A stretch of 63,987 nt of DNA, counting the filler, from Licmophora abbreviata (taxonomy: Eukaryota), in the NCBI GenBank assembly GCA_900291995.1. It is 17 parts of 17 records of this genome, joined end to end, with 100 filler letters (N's around TTAATTAATTAA, not from the genome) between each part and the next. Parts side by side here need not be neighbours in the genome. Positions count along the whole stretch, not along the records: positions 35,067 to 39,492 come from OLMU01005208.1; positions 39,593 to 45,289 come from OLMU01005209.1; positions 45,390 to 52,273 come from OLMU01005210.1; 14 more parts are not named here. One strand, given 5' to 3'. The translations under genes and the position numbers were made by a program. Below the pieces are notes generated by a model that saw nothing but the letters and a program-made list of their open reading frames with translations, was not told the origin of the DNA and made no database searches. This document shows positions 35,350 to 47,996 of this stretch, piece after piece (positions within the stretch are counted from its first letter, which is position 1; each line of letters starts with the position of its first letter).

Positions 35350-38300
35350 ATGCATAACAAGGCCTCTTCCTGGGAGATCGAAACGCCGGCGCGTCAAAGC
35401 ATAGACGTTGACGAGGCCGAGGGTCTACTGAGCGGAAAAGAGGATGAATTCGATCGGCAATTCTATCTGGCAGAAGAAGAAGGGGGGTTTGTCGTAGACC
35501 AGTCTGAAATGGCTGCCACGGGTGATATGGGAAGATTTTTGTTCAACAACGAAAAGACGAAGGCCCGCGAAGCGGAAATGGAACGAAAAAGACAAGATCG
35601 CCCCGGCCGAGTTTCGGCAAGGAAGAGTGCCCTGCAAGATGATCAACAGGCGTGGGAGGAGAACAGATTACTCAGCTCTGGTGCGGCGGTCACGGGCGAG
35701 GTTTCGCTGGACATTCGAACAGGTGAGGGTTTGGTTTTGATTTGTTGGAACCTGCCTGCTGATCGTATGAATCGTTCTCATAGACACCGTCTCTAACTTT
35801 TTATTCTCAGATGATGACACGAGAGTAACCTTGTTAGTCCATCAGGTGAAACCTCCTTTTCTTGATGGTCGGGTTTCATTCTCTACTGTCCGGGATGCCG
35901 TGCCGACTGTGAGAGATGCTTCGTCAGACTTTGCGAAAATGTCTCGAGATGGGTCAGCTACGTTGCGTGCACTACGTGAGCAGAAGGTATGTGCATAATG
36001 TTTGCAGATGTACAGAGTCTTGCATTCCGGGCTGACTGTATCATTACCGCCCCAATTTTTTCAGGAGAAGAATACTATGCGGCAGAAATTTTGGGAGCTA
36101 GGAGGCACGCGTATGGGTGACGCGGTGGGCGTCAAAGAAAAGAAAGACAGTGGTCAGACGAGTACGAAGGATGCAGAGACTGCCGATGGCGAAATTGACT
36201 ATAAGAAATCAACTGGATTCGCGGAGCACGTTAAAAGGAAGAAGGATGCCGATGGAGCTGTGTCTGACTTTGCCAAGAAGAAGTCAATCCGTCAACAGCG
36301 AGAGTACTTGCCCGTCTTCTCTGTTCGCGAGGACCTCCTTAATGTTGTTCGTGAAAATAATGTGGTCATCATCGTCGGGTATGTTCTCCTGGGGACAAGC
36401 CGGTGTCTTCAAATGTTCGTTGACTCACTACCTCGTTCTCTTTCTTCTCGTGCAATATCAGTGAGACTGGGAGTGGAAAGGTAAGTCATGCTGGCAGCCA
36501 CAGCAAAGTTTTCAATAGCTGTAACTAATACTTACTTTTTCTTTCGTTTGAAGACAACACAACTGACCCAATATCTGATGGAAGAGGGCTACTGCGAATT
36601 TGGGATGGTAGGATGTACGCAGCCGAGGCGAGTCGCTGCCATGAGCGTAGCAAAGCGAGTGAGTGAAGAGGTGGGGGCTGGTGTTGCGGACAAAGGAGTT
36701 CAACTGACGGAGAAGGAAGAGCTCGGTGGGACTGTTGGGTACGCAATTCGTTTCGAAGATCAAACCAGTGACCACACGGTAATCAAGTATATGACCGATG
36801 GTGTTCTCTTGCGCGAATCCCTACACGACCCTGACTTGAACCGGTACAGCGCGATTGTGATGGACGAGGCGCATGAGAGGAGTCTCAACACGGATGTTCT
36901 ATTCGGTGTCTTGAGGAAAGTCGTTGCTAGGCGGTCGGATCTGAAGCTGATTGTTACGAGCGCAACGCTTAGTGCCGACCTCTTCAGTAACTTCTTCGGG
37001 GGCGTCCCAGTCTTCCGTATTCCGGGTCGGTGAGTCGATGATGCACACCCTTGTAACCCCTCTGTTCTCACAAGAGTCTCACCTTCTGTTTCATTTGCTT
37101 TCTATGTAGGACGTTTCCTGTGGAAACTTACTTCTCCAAGTCGGTGCAAGAGGACTACGTTATGGCCGCAGTGAAGCAAACTCTGCAGATACATTTCAAC
37201 AGCCCTCCAGGTGACATATTGGTCTTTATGACTGGACAAGAGGACATCGAAGGAACCTGTAAAGTGCTGGCACAGAAAATGGAACAACTTGGGGGGGAAT
37301 CGCCACCATTGCTGGTTCTGCCAATGTATTCACAGCTGCCAGCCGATCTTCAGGCCAAAATTTTCGAGGCTGCTCCGAAGGGAGTTCGAAAGTGCATAGT
37401 CTCGACGAATGTGGCTGAAACCAGTTTGACAGTGGATGGTATCAAGTACGTGATCGACTCAGGTTTCTGCAAGCTGAAAGTCTACAACCCAAAGATCGGA
37501 ATGGACGCGCTCCTCGTCACGCCTGTCAGCAAAGCGAACGCAAAACAACGAAGTGGAAGGGCCGGTCGTACCGGTCCAGGATTTTGCTTCTGTCTTTTCA
37601 CTGATCGCCAGTATCGAGAGGAACTCATGGAAAGTTCTGTTCCCGAAATCCAGCGAACAAACCTCGGCAACGTTGTGCTGCTGTTGAAATCTCTGGGCGT
37701 GAAGAATCTGATGGAATTTGATTTCATGTCTCCGCCTCCGCAAGACAACATCATGAACTCTTTGTACCAGCTTTGGATACTTGGCGCCCTGGACAACACG
37801 GGAGACTTGACTCCGATGGGAAAGCGTATGGTCGAATTTCCTCTTGACCCGCCCTTGAGTAAACTTCTGCTCTTTGCACATGAGCAAGGTGGCTGTTCGA
37901 CTGAAATGCTGATCATTGTGAGCATGCTGAGTGTACCCAGTGTATTCTTTCGCCCAAAAGACCGAGAGGAAGAGAGTGACGCAGCCCGTGAAAAGTTCTT
38001 CGTTCCAGAGAGTGACCACCTGACTTTGCTTAATGTCTATCTGCGTGCCAAGCAGTACAAATTCGACCCTCAATGGTGCACGCGGCACTTCATCCACTCC
38101 AAGGGCATTCGAAAGGCCCGAGAGGTCCATGCACAGCTCCTCGACTTGATGCGCCAACAGAAACTCGAACCGAAGAGTTGCGGTGGCTCCTGGCAAGCTG
38201 TACGGAAATCTATCTGCTCTGCATATTTCTACAACTCATCCAAGATCAAGGGAATCGGCGAGTACATCAACATGCTTTCTGGCATCCCCTCATCGCTGCA

Positions 38301-38688
38301 TCCGTCGAGTGCATTGTTCGGACTGGGCTATACTCCGGACTACGTGTGCTACCACGAGTTGATCAGCACGTCCAAAGAGTACATGTCGTGCGTGACGGCC
38401 GTGGAGGGCGAGTGGCTGGCGGAACTCGGGCCGATGTTCTTTAGTGTGAAGGAATCGTTCGAGACGACCTTGAAGCGGCGTCAAGAGAAAAAGCGGGAAG
38501 AAGCGGAGATGGAGAAGGAAATGGCATTGAAGCGTCATCGAGAGAAGAAGGAGCAGCGCGAACGCGAGCGAATGGCTTCCTTGCAACAACACGAGCTCGG
38601 GAGTCGAGGTGCAATCGCGACTCCGGGCCGACAGAGCAACGCCACATCGAAATTCAGGCCAAAGAAGAGAGGACGATTGGGTCTGTAG
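35350..38688 (+). CDS. PRP16: Pre-mRNA splicing DEAH helicase Prp16/DHX38
   Basis: [60 protein letters not shown] and QRSGRAGR; about 5 introns. Confidence 0.96.
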
Positions 38689-38759
38689 CATTCTAAGAAA
38701 AGCAAAACATTACAAACATGAGTGTCTATGAATACCACGTTCTACTCTGGCGGGTTGCC

Positions 38760-39332
38760 TTACTCGGAAAGCATGCTATCTGGGATTTCTTTCGTAAGTC
38801 CTCGCTTTTCTCGCTCAGCCTTGGTCCACACCTGCGGAACCTTTCGAAGACCTTCGAGATTGTACTGATGCTTCTCTTTGAGACAGTCTGTCAGCATATT
38901 GTAAGTCTTGTCACTCATCTGTGGTTTCCGGTTCATGATCCAGCAGTAGTCGCGATTGGGATACCCAATCATGACGTATTCATACTTCTCATCCACCTCG
39001 AGGATCAAGTAGGGCATCTTGATGGGCCAGAATGGCGATACCTTCCAGTTCCCGCTGTTTGTCTTATCACCCTGCACCCATCCCTTCTGAGGAACGCTTT
39101 TGAGTGGGGAAGTAATCGGCTCTTTGTTGTTGTAATGAAAGTCAATGTTGATGTCGTGGCCCTTCTTGTTCGGTGCAAGCGAGTAGCGTTCGACAGCATT
39201 CGAGCAGGTTTTCTCGAACATGGTTGGTTTCACGGCAATGACGAACCAAGTTCCCATGAGCTGCGAGGTATCACACGAGGCGACAGTCTGTAAGGCAGGG
39301 AGCGTAGAGGTAGCGGAAGAAGAGTTTCCCAT
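38760..39332 (-). CDS. Lipocalin (Blc/ApoD/TIL-like)
   Basis: LMGTWFVIA (SCR1), YLILEVDEKYEY and YCWIMNR; starts MGNSSS. Confidence 0.88.
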   Translation of the reverse strand: MGNSSSATSTLPALQTVASCDTSQLMGTWFVIAVKPTMFEKTCSNAVERYSLAPNKKGHDINIDFHYNNKEPITSPLKSVPQKGWVQGDKTNSGNWKVSPFWPIKMPYLILEVDEKYEYVMIGYPNRDYCWIMNRKPQMSDKTYNMLTDCLKEKHQYNLEGLRKVPQVWTKAEREKRGLTKEIPDSMLSE

Positions 39333-39925
39333 CGTAGCGAAGTAATTTGATTCGATTCCTGCGGAGAAAGACGAGCAGGCATTGCAGCGTGCGGAACCAT
39401 GTGTGAGTGAGAAAGCTTCGCGCGACAAGGCAATGGCCACAATCTCGGCCCTCGCTTTTCTCTACCGCTGCTTACTCACCCTGGAACTGTTCNNNNNNNN
39501 NNNNNNNNNNNNNNNNNNNNNNNNNNNNNNNNNNNNTTAATTAATTAANNNNNNNNNNNNNNNNNNNNNNNNNNNNNNNNNNNNNNNNNNNNCCTCGTAG
39601 GAAATGTACTGAGCTTTACGGGAGGCAACGACGTGTCGGGACCGGATGAGTCACCGCGGTTTTCAATTTGGCGCGCCATCGCCTGAAGGCAAAAGTCCCT
39701 CTTTCGCACGACCTTCAGATCCATTTGATGAAGGTGAGACTACCATGGACATTATCAAACAACTGTACTATCTGTCTTCACACATGCCTCAACCAAGACA
39801 GCAAAAAAGATTAGGCAAGCCAAGCTTGAAACGTCGCTAGGAGTAGGTAGGTAGCTATTGCTAGGTCTCGAGTTTAAGGTACGGCTACACGGTGGCATTA
39901 GGGCTATACTACCCCTTAGTATGTC

Positions 39926-41231
39926 CTAGAAGAACTCGTCCGCTTCTAGCCTGGGGTTCACTGCTACTTGCAGCTCCTCATCGATCGTTGTCGCTGGTGA
40001 CATCCTTACAGCCAGCAAATACAAGCCGTAAGTGACGAACGGCATGGTCAATTGAATGAGATAAGGAATCATCCGCCGCAACGTCCCTGCAGGCGTCGTC
40101 TTCTCTACCGTTGCTTCGTCGTCAGCAATCGGTGACTTGAGTGTCTCATCCTCCACGGAAGATTTCTTCTTCTCAGTCTTGATCCCCGCTCCCATCTTGG
40201 AATACATCGCTTTACTCTTCCTGTTGTACTCTCGTTTTCGACGCCCCAGCTCGTCTCGGAGCTTCTTCACCTCAGCGTCCTCCGGCACTACCTGCTCGGC
40301 AGCCGCAATAGCAGCGTCACTCTCCTCGTACGAGCTCGAAGGGTCCAACATGGCTGCACGTGCTGCGCGCAGAAGTGCCTTCACATTGTCTGGGTCATGC
40401 AGTAGCACTTGAGTGGCGGCTTCCTTAGCTTTGGCATAGTCCTTTGCACGTAACTCCACAGCAGCGATATTATTCAGACAATCAATCAGGATTTCTTGGG
40501 CTTCTTGGTCATTCGGAGACTCGTCAACGACGTTCGTCATGGCGTCGGCAGCGCGCTTGTACAGCATGATTGCCTTTCGTTTGCCGTGTCCACCAAACCA
40601 TTCATTCTTATAGCAGTCATTGCCCATCTCCTTTCTACTCATGGCAATCTGTAAGCTCGTGGCATTGTGTTTGATTTCTTTGACATGAACCTCATAGACA
40701 ACATTTGACTTTGGTGGCAACTCGTAATCTCCGTGTTTTCGCCCAGTGAGGCCGTACGCATACTTCGAGTCACTGAAAACAAGCGCGCGGTCTCCTCGTT
40801 TCAAAAAGCGAACGCCCATTTCAAGAGCCGGAGGCACATCCTTGTCACCGACCACGATCAGCCAGTCCTTTGCGTCGTGAAAGATCGGGCCGTTCGCATC
40901 GTCTTTGTTGTCATCCGAGCCGAGGTGACCAACAAAGTCCACCAAAACGACGCTGCCCACATCACAGGCTTCCGCAGATCCGTCTACGTCGTCCGCTGCC
41001 TCCAGCACCTGTTGCGTTGGAAGTTATAGAAATATGTTTAAGAAGACGAGGAATTGACATGCCGACAAGTTTCTTACGTGGCTCATCCCTACGCACCTTC
41101 ATTTGAAGATCACTGCCCATGAGATCAGTCCACATTCCAAACCGGTCATGTTTTGATCCTTCTGCTTTGCCCTCGTCCTCCACGAGTTGTGGATCAAGAC
41201 TTGAATCCTGAACTTGTTCGATGGAAACCAT
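39926..41231 (-). CDS. FKBP-type PPIase with TPR repeats and C-terminal membrane anchor (FKBP8/FKBP42-like)
   Basis: Intron 41096-41009. PALEMGV...YAYG...PPKSNVVYEV; TPR segments KEMGNDCY, CLNNIA and DPDNVKALLR; hydrophobic tail. Confidence 0.88.
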
Positions 41232-41634
41232 GATGGATTGGTAACAAGTTCAAAGTACCGTACTCGTAGAAGGTAAGTTTCAAAGTCTTCAACTTTTTGT
41301 GGATGTTTCGATGTGTAGAGTGTCGGACTCGACTGCGTCGGGGTTCATCATGGCTTCTTCGATGCTCTTGCCAGGTGCGACACTGATGAGACATGAACCA
41401 CGTTGCTGCGTCTGATTTAGTATGAAAGAGTTCGCTCCAATGTCTTCTTCATGTCGTAGGTATCTTTTTGGACCTGCAATTTTGAGATTTTAGATTTGGT
41501 GTCACACTGTTCGGTTGATCGTGTCATCAGGGTGTCAACTCCAAGACATTGCCGAAGCGTATCTTTCGGGTCTCACACCTTCAACACCCTCTCAAGAGTT
41601 GCTCGTCCCTTCTTGATACCACCAGAGAAACACG

Positions 41635-42504
41635 ATGCTTCGCTCATCCGCCCTCCTCTTCGTCTTCGTCGCTGTCTTGGCTGGCCGCACCGAAGCACGC
41701 TCGTTTGTGCCTCGAGACACCTTGACCAAACCCCTGCCGTCCACGGCATCATCGAAGGCTCTCGACCTCCGCGGAGGTGCTGGGCCACTTGATGTGACAG
41801 ACACCGCCAAGGTGGCCACCGCCATCAGTCTCGTGAACGGCGTAGTTGTCACCCTGTCCCAGAAGAAAGCTGCTGAGATCTACGGAATGCCTCGAAGCCC
41901 CACGGTGGATAGGTACACCGAGATGATTGGTTCAACTCTCCTCTCTATTGCCATAACGGCATATTGCCTCTTCTTCAAGGGCACCACTGCCCAGTCCGCG
42001 GTCGGTATTTCCATGTTTCCGTGGATTATCCTCTCTCTCAAGGATGTGCTGAATGAAACCCCCAAGGGTCTGGGCATTGAGATGACCGGCTCGTACCTCA
42101 ACCTAGCCATCACAACAGTGACTGCCTATTGCCTTCTCACAGGCACCAATGCTGACACCGCTTGGAAGTTCGTGACAATGTTCACTACGGCCAATGGCGT
42201 GCTGATGGCACTCGCCACCGAGACCGCCAACAAGCTCTGGGGTTACACCAATGCTAGCAGCGTAGAGACCTACCTCGCCAAGAACCATGGCTACTTCCTC
42301 GCAGGCCTCGGCACGTTTGGCCTCGCCCTCAACAAGGGAGTTGACAGCATGAAGGCCTTTGGTTACTCGTGGATCCCTCTGATGGCGGGCCTGATCGATG
42401 GAAACTTCATCAGCCAGGGCGTTGAGGAACATGGTATTGAGAAAGGTCCCCAGTACGTCTGGATGCTCCTCATGGCAGCGTTTATCTACACGCTGGCAGC
42501 TTGA
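41635..42504 (+). CDS. Multi-pass membrane protein with signal peptide and LRGG presequence motif
   Basis: 289-aa ORF with C-ending codon bias; signal peptide, ALDLRGG, then about 8 hydrophobic segments in two similar halves. Confidence 0.75.
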   Translation: MLRSSALLFVFVAVLAGRTEARSFVPRDTLTKPLPSTASSKALDLRGGAGPLDVTDTAKVATAISLVNGVVVTLSQKKAAEIYGMPRSPTVDRYTEMIGSTLLSIAITAYCLFFKGTTAQSAVGISMFPWIILSLKDVLNETPKGLGIEMTGSYLNLAITTVTAYCLLTGTNADTAWKFVTMFTTANGVLMALATETANKLWGYTNASSVETYLAKNHGYFLAGLGTFGLALNKGVDSMKAFGYSWIPLMAGLIDGNFISQGVEEHGIEKGPQYVWMLLMAAFIYTLAA

Positions 42505-43002
42505 GAATCACATCACACAAGTCTAATATCATCATCATCCTGACGGCGCACCATAAAACAGCAGACGGCGCCATGTCCCTCATGCACGAAAGCGCCAAAA
42601 AGCCAGGTAAATAGTCCAGTGATACACGAACTACGGACCGGGAAAGGGTTAAACTAAGCACCGTAGTCAATGATATGCTAATAGTCGCACTTCATGATAC
42701 CTCCTTTGGCTCTGGTCTTGTGAATGGAAGCCAACTGCTCTGGGCGGTCTTCTCTCAAACCAGGGGACGCGATGTCCTGGTAGACTAAACGGTAGAGAGA
42801 CACAAAAGGACTCTCTTACGAGTCTCAGATCCCTGACTCCATCAACATCAGAGTCGACCCAAGTGGGGCACCATGCTCAGGGAAACTTCACGTTTCACAG
42901 TTTCAAGTTAACATCGATCGAATGGAATGCTCTTATGACGGAGGCTAGGACCGCATCAAGACACTGCGAAAGCATCGGCTGCTCAAGCAAGCACAGTAAG
43001 TT

Positions 43003-43395
43003 TCACCCACTCTCGAACTCCTGAAAACACTTGAGAACCACCTGCAGCGAGTCGTAGAAGGAAGACATCGAAACGCGTAACAACCTTGTCTCGGTCGCTT
43101 CGAATCGGCTGCGAAATATATGATCGACGTGACGAGGTGAGCCAGCACTCATCACTTTCAAACGGAGACTTCAAAACGGTAAGAATTCCACTTACACTCT
43201 CATAACTACCCGGTGTTCACCTCGGAGGTCCAGTGCAAAGGTTCGCCTTACTCGATCGCCTACTTCAGGATCGACTTTGAGTGCGCGACATGCATTCTCG
43301 GCCTGACTTGCGGTTGGGAAGCAAATCTCCACTTCACCCTTGTACGGAAAGGACTGCGTGGCATTATCTCCGTGATCTCGTTTTCCAGTTTCCAT
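43003..43395 (-). CDS. PCC1: EKC/KEOPS subunit Pcc1/LAGE3
   Basis: Exons 43395-43196 and 43108-43003: ICFPTASQAENACRALKVDPE and FEATETRLLRVSMSSFYDSL...QEF. Confidence 0.88.
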
Positions 43396-44211
43396 GGTGG
43401 TACCGGTACTGTAAGAATGTGTTACTGGCACATGGAGCGGATTACCATGAGTGTCGTCGATCGCGGTATGATGCGGTATGATTGTTGATTGTGATGAGAA
43501 GCTGAAACAGTGGTCCGATGGATGGAAACGACGGACGACGAACCTGCGAACCCGAAATCGTGTGGCGAGTGCGTCCTCCGTCGGTGAGCCCGCGCAAGAT
43601 GCTGTTACCATTTTTTCATTTTTTCATTTTTATTTTTGTGATGATGATGCATGTTTTTTCGAAACACGAAGCGTGACCAATGAAAGAAAGAGAACCTGTC
43701 AAATTGAAAATGATGAGCTTCCCATTTTGATTTATATAAGTATTATCATACTTATAATATTCATAAAGAAGTGGCGAGCACAGCTGCATGTGAGTTCTGG
43801 TAAATTTTGACACGGAACGGATGGTTTTCGTATCATACTATACGGATTTTGAAGGACATTATTTGATTAATTTAGTTAAAGGGGAGCCTCGCTGACACTC
43901 CAAATTTTTGCAAAAGAGCTTCGCCAGTCGTCGTCACACCCCGAAAAACTGTAAGGAGCACCTTCATCATCGCCAACAAGCCGTACTTAGACTTGAGGTG
44001 TAGGTCACACAACGCTCGACTCCCAGGTTTGGCGTGATTCAGTTGTTGACCCAAGACGTCTATTGACCCATCGGACCGCAGTTGCCGTTCAAAACTTTAA
44101 AGCAAAGCCCAAGAACGACCGCAGAACAAGGTTGAAGACTCGCCGCGACTCGACTCGACTCCTATCGGCTAAAAGCATTGGACCATAGCAGCGATCACTC
44201 TCAGTCTCGCG

Positions 44212-45952
44212 ATGATGAACCCGAATGAGAAACCCAGTCCCCTTTTTGGCGACGTTCACGACAATGATGTATTGTGTGGTCGCGGAGGATCTGTCAATTC
44301 ACACCCCGGAAACGAGCGCTTCCGACAGCTTGTCGAGAAACGCAAACGCGTCTACCTCACAGCTCGTTTCAAACGAGAGAAGCGTCTCATTGCCTCTTCA
44401 ATCGTGTCCGAGATCCGGGCACTGGAACCGCCTGGCCAGTTCCTGTCAAAAAACTCAATCACGGGCAAGTGGGAGGACATTGGGGACGAAAAGGCGCGTG
44501 ACAAGACTAGTCAGGCACTCCGTGAGAATGCTCCTTCCATTCGAGCCGAGATTGAGACGGAGATTCACGAGCAGCGACGTGTCGAGATGGCTCAAGATGA
44601 GGCAGTCGTGAGCTCCGCTGTTCCAGCTCCCGCTGGGCCACCGCCACTTTACTATGCTCAATGGGGATACTACGGTGGATTCTATGGCGGATGGGGTCCT
44701 CCGCAAGATATGTCGGGCCACCCACAAGGGGCATACTCGGGACAGCACCCTGGGCAATGGCCGCAGGGACCCTACGGACAAGCTACGAGCCCGGAGAACA
44801 ATATGCCACCGCCTGCGATAAGGCCCGAGACCACGCTCTCGAGCCATCGCCACTCTTCTGCAAAGTCACCCGTGCGTCCTCCAGCTGTACAATCTTCAAG
44901 ATCAGAGGACTCCCGGGGATCAGCACTCGACAGTATTCCCAACTTTGTCAACGCGGTACCTTCCTCCATCGCTTCATGGACCAAGAATAGCTTTAGCTTT
45001 GCCGATCCGCAGGACGATAACCTTTCAACGACATCTAGCAAGCGAGTCACGTTCCGGTCAGAACAATCTCCGCAACGCGGCTCCACAAAGAGACAGCGCT
45101 CTTCAGCGACCCCAGCTGACATTGGATACCCCTCCGAGTCCTCCGCCGATCCAGGCTCGCTGCTTTCCCAAGTGGCGAATCACATTCTGGGTTCGTGGGA
45201 CACTAGTGGCATTGCTTGCTCGGCCGACCCGGAGAGTGCCGTGGACGATCGCGCCATGGTAAAGGCAGAACCAGCAGAGATCACCATGGNNNNNNNNNNN
45301 NNNNNNNNNNNNNNNNNNNNNNNNNNNNNNNNNTTAATTAATTAANNNNNNNNNNNNNNNNNNNNNNNNNNNNNNNNNNNNNNNNNNNNGCGCCATGGTA
45401 AAGGCAGAACCAGCAGAGATCACCATGGAGGAAGTCGGTCAGGAGGTTGAGTTGGTTGACGATCTCCGCATGGATTATGATGCTATGGATGCCGATGACG
45501 ATATTCGCGAAGAGACTACAGACATTCAGAGCCCAGCTGAAATAGATTGGACTACACGGGTTGGAAGCTGCCACACATGGCTCCCAGAAGCACCGTCCTT
45601 CTTCTCGATGGGAGGGCAAAATCCTCTGTCTCCGTCGGCTAGTCTGGAGATGGATCAGTCAGCAACAGGGGTCTCGTTGGGAGGAGCCTCTCTCGCCCAG
45701 CTCTTCAAGGACGACGGCTTGGCGGGACCAAGTGCCAGTCATGATCCCATGGCTTCTCCTCGACACAGTATGAATCAGCGTGTGCTCAACCAGATTCCTT
45801 CGTGGGAGCGCAGCTTTCGCAGCCACAGTCCATCCACAGTTGCCTCTGACTCATCATTCTTGTCGAAGAGAAGTGAGACGCGTCTTATGAGTCCGAGAAC
45901 TTTGAGCCCCCGGAACTCGATGGAATGGGACCAACCGAAACTCCGCGAGTGA
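44212..45952 (+). CDS. DUF6824-type diatom protein (spans a gap whose flanks overlap by 39 nt)
   Basis: DVLCGRGG..NSHPGNERFR...KARDKTSQALRE; 45251-45289 is repeated at 45390-45428. Confidence 0.85.
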
Positions 45953-46057
45953 AGTCATTCGCTGATCTTATTGTATGTGATAGAAAGTGCAATATGGTAT
46001 GTATCCGTTATAGTGGATACTGTTATACTTCCATACCGTGTGCTACTTGTACTCTAG

Positions 46058-47587
46058 CTAGTTGTCACCACTACCACTGCTGGTGTGTTTGGGATTGCTT
46101 GCTTGATTCTTGCGACGTCGTCGCCGGGGAGGAACCCGCTTGTTTGTTGCGTCTGACATTGCGGACCCACCGATGGCTCCAGAAAGGACACAGCCTGTGT
46201 CGTTGCTTCTTTGCCTTGGGCGAGGTGCCGGCGGAGGGATTGTGGCCCTCCACCACTCTTGGTCGTCCCCGTCATCAGAGCGTGACAGAATGGTTGTAGG
46301 TGATGCATTTTTCTGTTGCCCCTGCAAGTACAAGACAGTCAAATCGACAGCTTGGCGTGCCACTGGAAAGAGCTCATCGGTCAAAGAGTTGCCAGCCTTG
46401 ACTGTTCGACGCCCATCGTCGACGAGGCGAAAGTCGGGACCGTAGCGTTCAAAGTGGTCGTGTCGGGGCACATCCTTTGGTAGTTCGCTCCACAGCATGC
46501 CCGGACGTGCTCCCTCACATGCTGCCGCAGTACATAGAAGAAAAGTTCGAGCTGTTGCCGCGGGATCGTATCCGCCTGCACCCAACAAGAGGAGCTTGCG
46601 TTTCGAGGACCCGCAGAGGTCTGCTGTCAATCGAACACATTCGGCAATCCCTTCTGGGGACAGGTTCCAGCCTGCATCCGTGGAGGCTACGAGAGGATCC
46701 CCTTGAAGTCCATCCGCCCCGACACAGAGTACTACAGCTTTTGGATCGTATGCACCACACAAGCTGGTCAAGGTGTGTTGAAAGAGAGCTAAAAAGTCGG
46801 CGTCACGCACACCAGATGGTAGGGGTAGATTGAGATTGTGCCCAACGCCGGGAGTCTGATACTGACCCTTTTCTCGGACAGATCCCTTTGGAAAAGGAAA
46901 GAAGCCAGCCGCGTATCGATGAAAGGAGACTGTCAGAACCTGATCCGTGTCATACAAGGCTCGCTGAACTCCGTCACTGTGATGAATATCAATATCTAGA
47001 TACAGTGTTTTGAAGGATTGGCCTCGAAGGTAGTCCAGAGCTAGGACAACGTCATTAACAAAGCAGAATCCACCAGCATGCGCTGCATGAGCATGATGTC
47101 GCCCACCGCCCCAATGAATGGCCACATCCGTGCTGTCACTGCTGAGCAAGTGCGCCGCGTGCAGTGACGCCCCGGCCATGTAACGACAATACCTCCAAAG
47201 ATCGGCACGGGCGGCAGTGTGAGTGGGCATAGGACAGTCATCCGTGAGTCCCATACTCTCCAGCAGCTGGAAAGAAGGCAGCGGCCGGACTTCTTGTTCG
47301 TCAGTACCGTCGTAGTTACACTCCAGGAGATCGAGATAGTAAGGTGCGTGAAAACGCTCCATGTGTTTGCGAGTCGCGCGCTTAGGAGGGTACACCTTGA
47401 AAAACTTGGGAGGCTTTTCGAGAAAGCCACAAAAGTCGAGTAGAGCGGCCAAGAGTACGTCACGGTCCTGATGAATGTACTGCATTGCATGATGGAGGAT
47501 GTCTGCGTACGAGTCGGAGTGCAGCAGGGCCACTCGAACGCGACGTCGGCGTCGTTTCTTCTCGGCAGGACGTTCCGAAGGAGTCAT
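46058..47587 (-). CDS. Class I-like (HDAC8-like) histone deacetylase
   Basis: GGRHHA...GFCFVNDVV, YLDIDIHHSDGVQ, GADGLQGDP and GAGGY. Confidence 0.93.
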   Translation of the reverse strand: MTPSERPAEKKRRRRRVRVALLHSDSYADILHHAMQYIHQDRDVLLAALLDFCGFLEKPPKFFKVYPPKRATRKHMERFHAPYYLDLLECNYDGTDEQEVRPLPSFQLLESMGLTDDCPMPTHTAARADLWRYCRYMAGASLHAAHLLSSDSTDVAIHWGGGRHHAHAAHAGGFCFVNDVVLALDYLRGQSFKTLYLDIDIHHSDGVQRALYDTDQVLTVSFHRYAAGFFPFPKGSVREKGQYQTPGVGHNLNLPLPSGVRDADFLALFQHTLTSLCGAYDPKAVVLCVGADGLQGDPLVASTDAGWNLSPEGIAECVRLTADLCGSSKRKLLLLGAGGYDPAATARTFLLCTAAACEGARPGMLWSELPKDVPRHDHFERYGPDFRLVDDGRRTVKAGNSLTDELFPVARQAVDLTVLYLQGQQKNASPTTILSRSDDGDDQEWWRATIPPPAPRPRQRSNDTGCVLSGAIGGSAMSDATNKRVPPRRRRRKNQASNPKHTSSGSGDN

Positions 47588-47996
47588 ATTCTAAGCTCTG
47601 TGGATGATTCCGTTCTTCTGAGTCAGCCTTCGTTTGTGAATGAGAGCAGAGTAGAGAAAGGAGTGATCAGCGAGCAAAGAATCAAGGAAGAGATGAAAGA
47701 GCAGCCTACTCGTACTGTCGTCGGGGTGATCGCTCGTCATCCTCGTGGCGTCGTTGTTGTCATTGGCAGTGTCTGATCTCACAGATCTGCGCGTGCGTGG
47801 ACGCGCAAATAAGAAACTGGTCGGAAAAGGAATCAGGAATCTTTCGTGTGAATATGCTCAAAAACCTAAATTAATATTCCCCCGTACTTTTCCAAACCCC
47901 CTTCACAGAATTCTAACCGGCGATGTCATTGCCTCAATGGGTGCTTGCTCAAGGTTCAAGAGGCAACAAACACTCCCTGTGCTCTTGCAGAGAACC

